Shown here piece by piece: positions 9,263-19,556 of a stretch of DNA of 64,000 bases; the stretch's first letter is position 1; each line of letters starts with the position of its first letter. The position numbers and the translations under genes are program-made. This DNA is from a virus, in the IMG/VR virus record IMGVR_UViG_3300042988_001339, positions 3,285-67,284 of that record; one strand, 5' to 3'. The notes beneath the pieces are model-generated. The model ran no database searches and was not told where the DNA came from. It saw nothing but the letters and a program-made list of their open reading frames with translations.

Positions 9263-9491
9263 GAGGGCCCCGTGTAGGAGCGCGGGGCCCAAGGCGATGC
9301 GGCAAGCCCCGGGGGGCGGATGCGGGGCGCGACCTACGGGCCCCGTCGTCCGGCGGGAACTCCCGTAGGTCACTTCCGGGCCCCACCTCGGTCGGACCCG
9401 GCGTCGCGCCGCGGGGGCTCAACCGTCCGGACGGGCCCCACGCGACACTTCCCGCCCCCGGAGGGACGGGCACGCTCGTGACGCTACCGGG

Positions 9492-9671
9492 TCAGTCGCC
9501 CGCCGACCACCCGTACCGGGTCTCGACGCGCCTGTAGGCGTCCCGGATGTCCTCGGGCATCGCCCGGAGGAGGATCGCGTCGGCCTCCCGGTGTGCGTCC
9601 TCGGGGTTGCCGGTGTCGATGGCATCGAGGGCGTCCATGATCTGGGCTGGGTGCGCGTACTCGTCGTCCAT
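9492..9671 (-). CDS. 59-aa phage protein, not in the ORF track
   Basis: MDDEYAHPAQIMDALDAIDTGNPEDAHREADAILLRAMPEDIRDAYRRVETRYGWSAGD read manually. Confidence 0.55.
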   Translation of the reverse strand: MDDEYAHPAQIMDALDAIDTGNPEDAHREADAILLRAMPEDIRDAYRRVETRYGWSAGD

Positions 9672-9749
9672 CTGCCGATGGTAGGCGCGTCCCGGGCCCC
9701 GGGGACAGGGCTAGGGCAACCACGGGGCGGCGGGGCCCCGGCCCGGGGT

Positions 9750-9965
9750 GTGCCGGACGGGGCCCCCACGGTGACGTTCCCGGCGCCGTTCACGAACACC
9801 CCGCGGGTGCTCTTGGCGCCGCCTCGGACGGCGGCCGGGTCGGCTGTCGGGTCGTTCTTCCAGATCACCGCGCTGAGCGCCACCTCGGTGACGATCCGGT
9901 GGGGTATCGCCGCGAGCACCACCACGTCGTGCTCCGTCGACTGGGTGGCGGTGCAGACGCTGTGA
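9750..9965 (+). pseudogene. Orphan tail-fibre tip (H-type lectin / gp53-like) fragment
   Basis: TVTFPAPFTNTPRV...ITALSATSVTIRW...VDWVAV motif with no convincing N-terminus. Confidence 0.55.
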
Positions 9966-10096
9966 CGGGCATCTGCGCGGCGACGCGTCAGCGTTCGCCC
10001 CAACCAGATCATCTTCGTCTTGGTCTTCGTGAGGGTTTTCTATAGACGGCCTGTTGCCGCCCGGCCGTTCTCCACTAGTGGATTCCTGCCGGATGG

Positions 10097-10207
10097 TCTG
10101 ACCTGCGGTTATGTCTCTGACCTGCATGTTCGTGGTCCCACGTTGGCCCGGGTGTGGCGGTTCGCTAGCGGTTCGCTATCGGTTCGGACCCTAGGCGTTT
10201 GACCTGC
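10097..10207. repeat. Short direct-repeat cluster (att- or origin-like)
   Basis: TGACCTGC x3 (about 10099, 10118, 10200); GCGGTTCGCTA tandem x2 plus a partial copy (10157-10187). Confidence 0.6.
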
Positions 10208-10275
10208 CACCACTAGGCGGAGCACACTCAGAGTCATCACCACATGCCACAACGAGACCCGCGTAAGGAGGAAAG

Positions 10276-10458
10276 ATGACCGCCTGGCTGAGCAAGCGCC
10301 AGACCGCCGAAGCCCTCGGAGTCACCGTCAAGACCCTCGACGAGTGGACCGCCAAGGGCACAGGGCCACCCCGCATCAAGCTCGGGACCACCCGGCAAGC
10401 CACCGTCCGCTACGACCCCGAGGCGGTGCGCGAGTGGATGCGCCAACACGCCGTCTGA
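10276..10458 (+). CDS. Excisionase-like HTH protein
   Basis: WLSKRQTAEALGVTVKTLDEW..KGTGP...VRYDPEAVREW; AAGGAGG RBS. Confidence 0.88.
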   Translation: MTAWLSKRQTAEALGVTVKTLDEWTAKGTGPPRIKLGTTRQATVRYDPEAVREWMRQHAV

Positions 10459-10494
10459 ACGGCGAAGAGCACGGCGCCGGGCTCTTCGCCGTTT
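10458..10494 (+). terminator. Terminator
   Basis: 13-bp stem AACGGCGAAGAGC/GCTCTTCGCCGTT. Confidence 0.7.
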
Positions 10495-10649
10495 AGCTAC
10501 GGCCGTTTCGGAGGGCGTCCGTTCGGGTGACGTGCCGTCGTGTCGCCACCCCCACAGCGGCCCCGGGGCCGCACGCTAGTGGTGTGGGGGCCGGATCCCG
10601 TTGGCGCGCCCGGCCCCCACGCCGACCATGATGCCCCCGGGAACGACAG

Positions 10650-10694
10650 GACAGGCCCCTCCCCCGCCCCGAAGGGCAAGGGAGGGGCCTGTCT
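10650..10694 (-). terminator. Terminator ending the late operon
   Basis: GACAGGCCCCTCCC/GGGAGGGGCCTGTC hairpin downstream of holin. Confidence 0.65.
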
Positions 10695-10730
10695 GTGTGG
10701 TCCCGCAGATCGACGCTCGTGCCGAGAGGG

Positions 10731-11186
10731 TCAGGCAGTGAACCCGGCGTTGAGTTCGTCGCGGACGACAGTCGCCGGCGGATCCGCGAAGGCGTGGACG
10801 ATCGCCGTCACACCCGACGCGAGGGCCGCCACGACGATCGCCCGGGCATCCGCGTGCAACAGGTCGAACCCCTCGGCGGTCAACGCGGCACCGATCGATG
10901 CGGCGACCGCACTGATCGCCCGGTACCCGTACTGGATGATCAGGGGCGAGTCGGGGCCGGGGGCGACCCGGGCGACCCGGAGCACGATCACGGAGAGGGT
11001 CGCGACCCCGAATGCGGTGAGCGTCGCGAGAGCGGACCCGCCGTCGAGGCGACCGTCGGCGCCGACGAGAACCAGGAATGGCAGGAGGATCTGGAGGTTC
11101 TGCCGGAACGCGCCCTCCACGACGGCGGCCCACCAGGCGCGGGTCGCGAGGGGCCCGAATCGGGCTGCGGGAACGGGGGCGGTCAT
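10731..11186 (-). CDS. Holin
   Basis: About 4 TM segments, WWAAVVEGAFRQ pattern of actinophage holins, next to lysin. Confidence 0.75.
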   Translation of the reverse strand: MTAPVPAARFGPLATRAWWAAVVEGAFRQNLQILLPFLVLVGADGRLDGGSALATLTAFGVATLSVIVLRVARVAPGPDSPLIIQYGYRAISAVAASIGAALTAEGFDLLHADARAIVVAALASGVTAIVHAFADPPATVVRDELNAGFTA

Positions 11187-11782
11187 GACGACTCCTTCGG
11201 GTGGTGGATCGTGGGCATCGGGGGCGGCGCGGGTGCGTCGATCCCGTTGGCGTGGAGGAGGTCCGTGACGGTCTCGTGCCACGTCTTGTCTCGGGCCAGG
11301 TACAACGTGACGTCGTCGCGGAACGACGCGAGTCCAGCGACGTCCTTGCGGAGTTCGCTGATCTCCGCGGACTGCGCTTTGATCCATTCCTGGGCGTCCC
11401 GCTGGATCTGCGACCGGAGACCCGCGTTCGTCCTCCACGCGGTCCCGAGGACACCGATGACGCCACCGAAGACGGTGGCGATGGTGGAGATGACAGCGAC
11501 GGTGCCGCTGCCCGTGGTCTGCGCGGCCTCCCCCGCGATGAGCCCCGCGGGCATGGTCGCTGCGGCGACGATGACGGTGAGGCCCGCGACGGGACTCACG
11601 TCGACCCCCAGGACCCGCAGGTGCGGTGACGGGCGGGGGGTCCCGATCGGTGGTGGCGTGGCATGCGCCCGGGGTGGATCATGTGGTGTCCTGTCGGCTG
11701 GGCGCCGTCCCCCCGGACGACGGTCGTCGGCTGTGGTTCGGCCGTGGCGCTCGACCGCATGCTGTGGTGCTGCTGTGGGCAC
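11183..11782 (-). CDS. Lysis-cassette membrane / coiled-coil protein
   Basis: TM helices then coiled coil, ending GIDAPAPPP; start uncertain. Confidence 0.6.
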   Translation of the reverse strand: MPTAAPQHAVERHGRTTADDRRPGGRRPADRTPHDPPRAHATPPPIGTPRPSPHLRVLGVDVSPVAGLTVIVAAATMPAGLIAGEAAQTTGSGTVAVISTIATVFGGVIGVLGTAWRTNAGLRSQIQRDAQEWIKAQSAEISELRKDVAGLASFRDDVTLYLARDKTWHETVTDLLHANGIDAPAPPPMPTIHHPKESS

Positions 11783-11793
11783 GTCCGGGCCCC

Positions 11794-12573
11794 TCAGAGG
11801 TGCCGGTTGATGTACCGCTGGAGGGCCCGGACCGTGAGAGGGCCGATGGCGCCGTCGGGCTTCGCGCCGACGCGCCGCTGGAGGGCCTTCCGGTCCGCGG
11901 CGTCCCAGGTGCCGTCCTGGCGGCGGGACAGCCACCGCTCGACGTCGCGGCGGAAGTCACGGTCGATGCGCCCGTCGACGGGGGTGTCCCGGAGGACGAC
12001 CTGGAGACCGGACGTGGTCGCCTTGCCCCAGATGCCGTCGACGATGAGGGGGCGGACGGGGCGGGTCGACCGGGACACGGACCGGGGGGCGGGGCGGACC
12101 ACGGTCTCCCGGGTGTACGCGGGGTACGCGTAGACGACCACGAGGGACGTCGGGCGGACCCGCCGATAGACCCCGCCGCCGTCGGCTTGCGACCCCCGGA
12201 CCCCCGAGCTGGTGTTGCCTTCGATGGTGGTGATGGTCCCGTTGGCGTGGACCTTCTCCACGAGTCCGACGTGCTGGATCCGGTGGACGGTGTCCGGGAA
12301 GTCGAAGAACGCGATGGCCCCACGGTGGGGCGTCGTCCCCCACCGGGCCGTGCCCTGCTGCATGTAGTGGCGGGCCATCGCGGGGGTGTACGCGATGGCC
12401 GGGATCAGGGTGTCCCCACCGGACGTGCGGTGCCCGCACCACCACAGGAACATGGCGCACCAGGGCGCGTTGTCCAGCCCGTAGGCCTTGCCGTACTTGC
12501 TCGCGTTGTTCCTGCCCTCGATGTACCCGAGTTCGGCGCGGGCGACGTTGAGGAGAGCGGTCACAGTCGTCAT
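11794..12573 (-). CDS. Endolysin (CHAP plus peptidoglycan-binding repeats)
   Basis: PWCAMF, HVGLV, TIEGNTS; VDGIWG..T..LQ and DGAIGPLT..ALQ. Confidence 0.92.
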   Translation of the reverse strand: MTTVTALLNVARAELGYIEGRNNASKYGKAYGLDNAPWCAMFLWWCGHRTSGGDTLIPAIAYTPAMARHYMQQGTARWGTTPHRGAIAFFDFPDTVHRIQHVGLVEKVHANGTITTIEGNTSSGVRGSQADGGGVYRRVRPTSLVVVYAYPAYTRETVVRPAPRSVSRSTRPVRPLIVDGIWGKATTSGLQVVLRDTPVDGRIDRDFRRDVERWLSRRQDGTWDAADRKALQRRVGAKPDGAIGPLTVRALQRYINRHL

Positions 12574-12576
12574 GGG

Positions 12577-12768
12577 TCAGTCCTCCTGGACGGCGGGGTC
12601 AGCGAGGGCCGCATCGGCGTCGGAGTCGGCGACGTCGGCCTCCTCGAACCCGGGCTCCTGGTCGGCCGGCGTCTCGTCGTCGGGGCCGGTCGTTTCGACC
12701 GGCGGGGGGACGGTCGTCGGGTCGGCGTTGGCGATGAGCGCGAGGAGTTCCGCGGGGATTTCGGGCAT
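12577..12768 (-). CDS. Small acidic protein
   Basis: RBS; lies directly before the lysin. Confidence 0.55.
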   Translation of the reverse strand: MPEIPAELLALIANADPTTVPPPVETTGPDDETPADQEPGFEEADVADSDADAALADPAVQED

Positions 12769-12811
12769 GACGGTGTGCCCCTTCCTTCGGGGTTGGGGTG
12801 GGGGTGGTGGG

Positions 12812-13321
12812 TCAGGCGGTGTAGGCGACCCAGCGCATCTGGAGGCGTGCTTCGACGAGGGTCCTGGTGGCGCCCGATGACTGTTCGACGAACACTTCGA
12901 CGTAGTCGTTGGTCACGAATTCGCGTTCGATGACGAAGTTTGTTGCTACGAACGCGGTTGCGGTGCCTGTGACTGACACGTTCAGTGGCACGTAGTTGTA
13001 GATCGAGGTGCCGCCGGTGCCGGAGCTTCCGGCGTTGGCGCGGGTGTTGATGTTCAGGAGGCTGTAGTTCGCCGCCGCCATGATCACCGATGTGGTGATG
13101 ACATACAGGCCCGGCGTCTTCACCGTGAGACGAGTCGGGGTCCCCGCAGACCACATCGAGTCCGTGTCCCACCCCAGGCTGGAGAACGTGATGACGGACT
13201 TCACGGTGTTCGCGAAACTCCCCGACGCCGACGAGATGAACCCCCGCGGCGGGTCGAGAGCGAACGCAAGCTGCGCCGCGGTGACAACGGCACCATCACT
13301 GAACGTCGGTGGAGTCGCCAA
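12812..13321 (-). CDS. Minor tail / fibre protein (C1q-like beta domain)
   Basis: GAVVTAAQL anchor; DTDSMW..PTRLTVKTPGLY; DYVEVFVEQSSG. Confidence 0.8.
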   Translation of the reverse strand: MATPPTFSDGAVVTAAQLAFALDPPRGFISSASGSFANTVKSVITFSSLGWDTDSMWSAGTPTRLTVKTPGLYVITTSVIMAAANYSLLNINTRANAGSSGTGGTSIYNYVPLNVSVTGTATAFVATNFVIEREFVTNDYVEVFVEQSSGATRTLVEARLQMRWVAYTA

Positions 13322-13345
13322 CGGTCCTCCTCGATGCGGGGGCGG

Positions 13346-15793
13346 CTAGAACACGGCGATGGTCGTTGACCCGAGAACCCCATAGGTGGCGTCCCCGAGG
13401 ATCCATGCCTGCGCCGGTTCGATCGGCACGAGCTGGAACTTCGTTTTCCACACACCGGGGCCGGTTTCGTGGGCGCGGTGCAGGATGTAGAAGTTGTTGG
13501 TCATCGTGAAGGCGCGGGTCCGTCGCTTCACGGCCACCCGGTCCCCGAACTTCAACCCGAGAGCGACCGGCCACAGAGACGGGTTCGCCGCAGGGTTGAT
13601 CTCGATTTCGGTGACCCGCAACGCCGGCTGCTTGTACTTGGCCAGCAGGTGGTCCCGGTACCGGGTGACGTCCTGCTCGCGGTCAAGGGTCGTCGCCCGT
13701 TGCAGCGACGACCGGAAGAACGACAGTGCGGACGCGGCGTCGCTAGCGGCACCGGAAGTGATTTCCCCGTACCCCGTGACCTCGATGTCGTTGTACACGA
13801 ACGACGGGTCGAAGTCGTACCCGATGCCCCCGCTGTACGGCACTTCCCCGACGGTCGTGTCTTCCCCGAACGTCACTTTCGGTGCCGTCTGAAGCTGGAA
13901 CGACTCGCGGGTGATGAGGGTCAGGTCCCCGTCGGGGTGACACACCACGTGCCCGCTCTCCGCGACCGCCACCTCACCGACGATCTCGGCGACGGTGCGG
14001 CCTGCGAGCCCCACGGTGGGGCCCATCACGTCCGCGCCATCCGAGGTGATGGCTTGGGGGCCAAGCCAGTTCGCCCACGCGAGGACCCGGCGGAGACGTT
14101 CCCCAGGGAGGTCCCGGAGGTGGCCGTGCGCGGCGGACGCCGCGTGGTCCGCGATCCGCTGCGCACTGAGTTCCGCCCAGTACCAGGACACCCACGCGAC
14201 TTGCCCCGAGAACGGTGGGCCCGTGAACCCGTAGTAGGCGCCCCCCACGAACATCGTGTACGGCAGGTAGGAGGAGCCCCCGAGGAACGCGCCCACGTGC
14301 TGCGCGACCTGCACGCCATCGACGAACAGAGTGGACGTCTTCGTCGTCGACCCGGTCTGCGTCCACACCACGTGATGCCAGTCGTCGTTCGTGTACGACG
14401 CACTCGACGTGATCGTGTAGAAGAACGTGGGGGTCCCGTTGTTGTTGACCTGCCGGGCGAACACCTGCCCCAGCGCATTCACCCCGATCTGCAAGGGCTG
14501 CGCCGACGAGGGAGCGAACGCGTCCGCGATGACCTCCACGGCACCCGGTGGCCCGGCGGCCCGCCGGAACCACAACTCCACGGTCGCCGCGAACCCCGCG
14601 GCGAGTGGCACCGCCCCCGTGATCCGGAACATCGTGTAGTCCGTCGGGGAGTCCGGCGTGAACGACACGCAGGTCCCTCCGTCGACCGACGGTGACCCGG
14701 GCGTCCCGAGGGCCGGGGCCGTCCGGCCGTCCTCGTTGGCCCACTGCGAGGACCGCGTGACAGGCGTCCACGGGGCAGGCCGCGGGACCCGCCCCCCGTT
14801 GTCCCCGAACGTGAACGTGACTTTCGGGGAGTCCGCGGAGATGTCCTCCGACAGGCAGTCCATGAGTTCCACGCGGGGCAGGACCGCCAACGAGTCGACG
14901 CACGTCAACGTGGCCTTACCGAGGTAGCCGGCGGCTTCCCAGCCGATCGGGTACCGCTCGATGTGCCCGGCGAACAGGGGGTAGATGACCGGGCCCGTCG
15001 TGGTGAACGTGGATGCGGTCGGCCCGAGGTCGATCTGCACGGAGTCAACCCACACCTGCTGGCCGCTCGTGTTGGTGTCGGGGTAGACCTGGATCGTGGA
15101 CCACACGGCGTCCGCGGTCCACGTGACCGTGACCCGCTGCCACGTGGAGTTGCTGGTGGGGCTGACGACAGCCGAAGACCCGAGTTGGACGCGCATCCGC
15201 GGGACGCCGGTCGCTGCCCACACGTACAGGGACAGGGTGTACTGCTCCCCGATGGTGAACGGGCCCTGCGATGGCGCGGACACGAGACTGATGGTGTTCG
15301 TGCCGCCGTTCGCGGCGGTCGGCCACGTGATGAGCATCGACCGTGTCCCGGTATGCGCGCGGACCGTTGACGATGCGCGGGTGGGTGGCGTCGACCCTGA
15401 CGCGACCCATTCCCCGAGGCCGCCACCTTCGAATGTGGACGTGTCCGTGGACTGCCCCCACTGGGTGGCGTTCGCCGCGTTGAGGAGGTTCCCGGGTGTC
15501 GTCGGCCAGGTCGCGGTACCCATGATCCGCCGGTACGGGAGGAGCCGGTTGCCCGCGCTGTTGAACGGTGACGCGGTGTTCGCGGGGTTCAGTGCTTCGT
15601 CGTCGTTGAGGAGCGCGAGTTCGCATTCCCCGGCCTCGATGGTGTTGAGCTCGTACTGGCCGCCGTACCCGGCGCGGAACCCCAGGACGCGCCCGTTGAG
15701 GCTCGACCAGGTGTTGCTGCCGGCGAGGGTGGTGTTCGGGTCGGCGGAGAACAGGGCATGCCAGCCCTCGATGGGCCAGTTCGCGTTCGGCAT
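13346..15793 (-). CDS. Minor tail / baseplate protein with CBM-like and LamG domains
   Basis: Follows tape measure; TVELWF...WHHVV...LFVDG LamG motif. Confidence 0.85.
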   Translation of the reverse strand: MPNANWPIEGWHALFSADPNTTLAGSNTWSSLNGRVLGFRAGYGGQYELNTIEAGECELALLNDDEALNPANTASPFNSAGNRLLPYRRIMGTATWPTTPGNLLNAANATQWGQSTDTSTFEGGGLGEWVASGSTPPTRASSTVRAHTGTRSMLITWPTAANGGTNTISLVSAPSQGPFTIGEQYTLSLYVWAATGVPRMRVQLGSSAVVSPTSNSTWQRVTVTWTADAVWSTIQVYPDTNTSGQQVWVDSVQIDLGPTASTFTTTGPVIYPLFAGHIERYPIGWEAAGYLGKATLTCVDSLAVLPRVELMDCLSEDISADSPKVTFTFGDNGGRVPRPAPWTPVTRSSQWANEDGRTAPALGTPGSPSVDGGTCVSFTPDSPTDYTMFRITGAVPLAAGFAATVELWFRRAAGPPGAVEVIADAFAPSSAQPLQIGVNALGQVFARQVNNNGTPTFFYTITSSASYTNDDWHHVVWTQTGSTTKTSTLFVDGVQVAQHVGAFLGGSSYLPYTMFVGGAYYGFTGPPFSGQVAWVSWYWAELSAQRIADHAASAAHGHLRDLPGERLRRVLAWANWLGPQAITSDGADVMGPTVGLAGRTVAEIVGEVAVAESGHVVCHPDGDLTLITRESFQLQTAPKVTFGEDTTVGEVPYSGGIGYDFDPSFVYNDIEVTGYGEITSGAASDAASALSFFRSSLQRATTLDREQDVTRYRDHLLAKYKQPALRVTEIEINPAANPSLWPVALGLKFGDRVAVKRRTRAFTMTNNFYILHRAHETGPGVWKTKFQLVPIEPAQAWILGDATYGVLGSTTIAVF

Positions 15794-15824
15794 GCCCCGC
15801 CCCTTCCTCTTTGTCGGTGCTTGG

Positions 15825-18800
15825 TCAGGCGGGGGTCTTCGCGGACAGCCCGTTCGTCCCGTTGCGTTGCTCCCGCCGCAGGCTCCGGGTCTGCACGTTC
15901 CGTTGGATCTCCCGGCCGTCGAGGTGCACGACGACCGTCACGGTCTCCGCACCGGACGTCCCGCCCTGGGTCATCACCGCGGCCTGCCCCGGGGTCATCC
16001 CCCGGACCGCGGACCGCCCGCCCCGGGGGGTCGCCGCAGCGACCATCCCGTTGACCGCGGCGACCGCTGTCCCGGTGTGCCGCAGGACACCAGCCGCGAC
16101 CCCCTCGGGGATCATCCGGCCAACCTCGTCGGCCATCACCCCGGACGGCGACTTGATCCGCAGCGCCCGCTTCACGGCGATCACCAGGGACTTCGCGAGA
16201 GCCGCCATCTCCCGGGCAAGGTTCGCCCGCTGAGACTGGAGACCCTTCAGGATGCCCTGCGCGGCCTGGATCCCCGAGTTGTACATCTCCCCGGCCCACC
16301 CAGCACCGAGGCGGCCCGCGCCCGTCGCCAGCGAAGCGGCCTGCTTGTTGATGTTCTTCAGGACCCCGCCGTCCGCGTTCCGCAGCGACCCGACGAGATC
16401 CCCGGCCTGCTCGACACCCGCCGCCGCGAACTGCGACAGGATCGTCTTCGACACGCCCCGCTTCTTCAACGCATTGAGGTTCCGGCGGAACGCCGCGAGT
16501 TGCTTCGCCCTGTCCTCCAGCACCTTCGCGTAATCCGACGCGAGGTTCCCCGTCCCTCCGGGCTGCCCCTTCTCCGGGATCGCCCCGATCAGGGACGCCG
16601 CACCCCCGTAGTTCGCGGCAGCCGTCGACTGCGCGTACTGGGCCCGGGCCTGCCCAAGTGCCTGCACCCGCGCCTGCTGCGCCTGGATCCGCGCGTCGAT
16701 CGCCTTCAACGCATTGAACTTCGGAAGGTAGCTGGATGCGATGTCCTGCACCCGGGTCCGGGTCGCCGTCGACACCCTCATCGACGCGATCCGATTCGAG
16801 AACGCCCGCAGGTAGCGGAACACGACAGGTGCCTGCTGCTCCATGCCCCGCTGGATGCCCGTGAAGATGGACGTCCCGAGGCGGGCCATCCGCCGCGACG
16901 GAGACCGAATCTCCAGCACCTTCGCGGTCGTCGCAGGAATCAGACCAGCCATCGCCGCAGCAGCCGACGTCAGGGACGACTTGCCGGCGCCCATGCCGGA
17001 CGCGAGGCCCGCCGCGGCGGACGCCCCGAGGCCCTGCATGTCGCCGACGCCGCCGCCCTTCGCCATGACCGCGGAAGCACCGGTCCGGTACACGGCGGAC
17101 CCACGCGGGAGGTCCACGAGTTCTGGGCCGTGCTCACCGACCCAGGACGGGCCACCCCGCCAGTGCTGCGTGCCCGTCGCGTTGTACCCGTACTGGCGGG
17201 ACGATCCCGCTTTCCCAACCGTGCCAACGGATCGCACGTTGATGGTGACGGTCTTGCCCTTGATGGCGTCGATGTTCGCCTGGATGTCCCGGGCGCTGTC
17301 CCGCGCGGCGGTCGCGGCGTCCCGCATGCTCGCGGCGAGGTTCTTGTCGAACACCCCGACTGCGCCCGCGACGCCATCGAGCATCGACGCGACGACCCCC
17401 AGGAGGCGCCGCAGGATGCCCCCGACGGTGCTGGCGACGACCTCGAACGTCTTGTCGATGACCCGGACGACCCCGAGGAACAGGCGGATCCCCGCGCCCA
17501 TCGCGGCGAGCTCGGCGCCGAGGAACTGCCCGAAGGCCTTCACGAGAGGCTTCGCGCCCTCCCATGCGGCTGCGATCGTGGGCCCGATCTCATCCCACGT
17601 CGCCTTCATCTCGGGCCACACCTGATCCCACTGGGATTTGATCAGCCCCATGGTGGAGGAGAACCCCTCCTTGAACGCGGACCAGTTCTCCTTCGACGCC
17701 TGAACGATCCGCTGGACCGTCGGGTCCTGCTCGACCTTCGCCCACGTCTGCTTCCACCAGCCGCCCGCGTCACCGAGTTTCGCCTTCACGGTGTCCCAGT
17801 TGTTCGCGAGGAGAGTGAACGCGCCGATCGCTATGGCGATGGGGTTGCCGGTCGCGACACCGATAGCGAGACCGAGCGCAGCGAACGCGTCAGCGAACTG
17901 CTTGACCTTCTCACGGTTGTCGGCCATCCACGTCACGGCATCCTTGACGACCCGGATCTTGTCGCCGACGAACGCGAGGGCGTCCCCGGCAGTCTTCAGG
18001 CCGTTCGTGATGTCCTGCGCGGACTTGGAGTCCGCCCACTTCTTGAACTTGTCCGCGAGCCGCCCGACCGCCTCACCGGCCTTCTTGAACCGGTCCGCGA
18101 TGTCCCCACGGTTCGCGAGATCCCCGAGGGCTTCCACGGCCCGCTCCACCGCCGGGGCGGCAGCCTTGAACGCGTCAGCGGCACCCTTCGCGGTGTCCCG
18201 GATGAGCTTGATACCGGGAGCACTGTTCACCCACTTGCCGAGGGCGAGACCGGTGGTGTTCGACGTCCGCGCGATGCTGTCGATGCTGGCGGCGATCGCC
18301 GGCATGTTGAGACGGCTGAAGTCGAGACCGACCTGACGGAACCCCCGGGACCCGATCTCCTCCGCGCGTTTCTGTGCCCGCTCGAAGGCCTTCGCGACGG
18401 GCTCAAGGTCTTCGGTGATGCCCTTCGCGACAGACTTCACCGTCGAAGAGATCAGTTTGAAGCCGCCGATGAGGGACGGGACGAACGCGACGAGCGGCCC
18501 GAGGGAAGCGATCCCCTTCGCCAACGCCACGATCTTCGTTGCGGCGATGCCCGCACTCATCGCGAGGAGACCCACCGACGACGCAGCGATCCCGATGTAC
18601 GGCAACGCTGTCTTGAGTGCGCTCGTGATCTGCCCCAGCGCGGCGCCCCCGACCCGACCGAGGAGCCTGTACCCCGCGACGTGCGCGTTGATGAGGCCCC
18701 GCACAGGCCCCATCCGGGCATACGCGGTCTTCATCTGCGTGGACGTCTTCTCCGCGAACTCCCGCGCGGCCTGCGCGACAGTCCCCTTGAGGCCCGCACG

Positions 18801-19025
18801 CATCTGCGTCGCCACAGCGGGCGCGATGTTCCGGCCGATCGCCTCACCGGTCTGAGCGCCGACCTTCTTCCCCTCGGCCTCCATGCGCCTGCCGCCCGCG
18901 TTGACCTCGTCCGCGGCGCCCTTCATCGCGGCAGCGGTCGCGGCCCGGAACTTCGCGAGCTCCGCGTAGGCGTCACGAGCGTTCGCCTTGATCTGGAGCA
19001 CGACGGGCGGCAGGTAGTTGCTCAC
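15825..19025 (-). CDS. Tape measure protein
   Basis: 1066 aa Ala-rich helical; VGEHGPEL and two I(R/K)SPS motifs. Confidence 0.92.
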   Translation of the reverse strand: MSNYLPPVVLQIKANARDAYAELAKFRAATAAAMKGAADEVNAGGRRMEAEGKKVGAQTGEAIGRNIAPAVATQMRAGLKGTVAQAAREFAEKTSTQMKTAYARMGPVRGLINAHVAGYRLLGRVGGAALGQITSALKTALPYIGIAASSVGLLAMSAGIAATKIVALAKGIASLGPLVAFVPSLIGGFKLISSTVKSVAKGITEDLEPVAKAFERAQKRAEEIGSRGFRQVGLDFSRLNMPAIAASIDSIARTSNTTGLALGKWVNSAPGIKLIRDTAKGAADAFKAAAPAVERAVEALGDLANRGDIADRFKKAGEAVGRLADKFKKWADSKSAQDITNGLKTAGDALAFVGDKIRVVKDAVTWMADNREKVKQFADAFAALGLAIGVATGNPIAIAIGAFTLLANNWDTVKAKLGDAGGWWKQTWAKVEQDPTVQRIVQASKENWSAFKEGFSSTMGLIKSQWDQVWPEMKATWDEIGPTIAAAWEGAKPLVKAFGQFLGAELAAMGAGIRLFLGVVRVIDKTFEVVASTVGGILRRLLGVVASMLDGVAGAVGVFDKNLAASMRDAATAARDSARDIQANIDAIKGKTVTINVRSVGTVGKAGSSRQYGYNATGTQHWRGGPSWVGEHGPELVDLPRGSAVYRTGASAVMAKGGGVGDMQGLGASAAAGLASGMGAGKSSLTSAAAAMAGLIPATTAKVLEIRSPSRRMARLGTSIFTGIQRGMEQQAPVVFRYLRAFSNRIASMRVSTATRTRVQDIASSYLPKFNALKAIDARIQAQQARVQALGQARAQYAQSTAAANYGGAASLIGAIPEKGQPGGTGNLASDYAKVLEDRAKQLAAFRRNLNALKKRGVSKTILSQFAAAGVEQAGDLVGSLRNADGGVLKNINKQAASLATGAGRLGAGWAGEMYNSGIQAAQGILKGLQSQRANLAREMAALAKSLVIAVKRALRIKSPSGVMADEVGRMIPEGVAAGVLRHTGTAVAAVNGMVAAATPRGGRSAVRGMTPGQAAVMTQGGTSGAETVTVVVHLDGREIQRNVQTRSLRREQRNGTNGLSAKTPA

Positions 19026-19091
19026 GGCGCGGCCCCTCCCGGGTGTCAGTTCGTGGCGCCCAGGACGGGCAGGCAGAGGGGGTGTGCGTGG

Positions 19092-19538
19092 CTACCTGGC
19101 GACGGCCCGGGCCCACCGCTTCACGGCGACCGCCTGGAGCCGCTTGTGGGAGTCGTCCGCTGCGGGCTTGAGGTAGGGGAACGGGCGGGTCCGCTGGTGC
19201 CCCCGGCCGCCCCCACCGCCGGGGTAACCGAGTTCGATGCGGCGCCCGTAGACGGTGGTCGGGCCCGTCTCGCCCTCCCACGACGCGACCCCGGCGCGTC
19301 GGGCGGGGGTCGACCTGATGGACCGCCGCAGGTTGCCCGTCACGATGTTCGGCTTGTTGCCGCCGACGTGCGGGTACCCCGGAGGGTGCGACCCCTCGAA
19401 GTTGCCTTTCGCGGCCCGCTCCACGACCGCCAGGCCCTCAGCGACAATCCCGCGGCCCGCGCCGTCGATACGGCGTTGCATCGCCGCGACCGCCCGGGAG
19501 AACGCCTCCAGGCCTTCGACCTCACCCCGGAACCGCAC
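19092..19538 (-). CDS. HK97 gp10-like tail component
   Basis: TGNLRRSI...YGRRIELG...PFPYLKPA. Confidence 0.85.
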   Translation of the reverse strand: MRFRGEVEGLEAFSRAVAAMQRRIDGAGRGIVAEGLAVVERAAKGNFEGSHPPGYPHVGGNKPNIVTGNLRRSIRSTPARRAGVASWEGETGPTTVYGRRIELGYPGGGGGRGHQRTRPFPYLKPAADDSHKRLQAVAVKRWARAVAR

Positions 19539-19556
19539 GCCGACCTCCCCCGGGGG

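Noticed and set aside
9395-9425. GCGGGGGCTCAACCG resembling the 3' half of a type I-E repeat
   Set aside because: The 5' CCCCGC arm is missing, so the repeat hairpin cannot form; single copy
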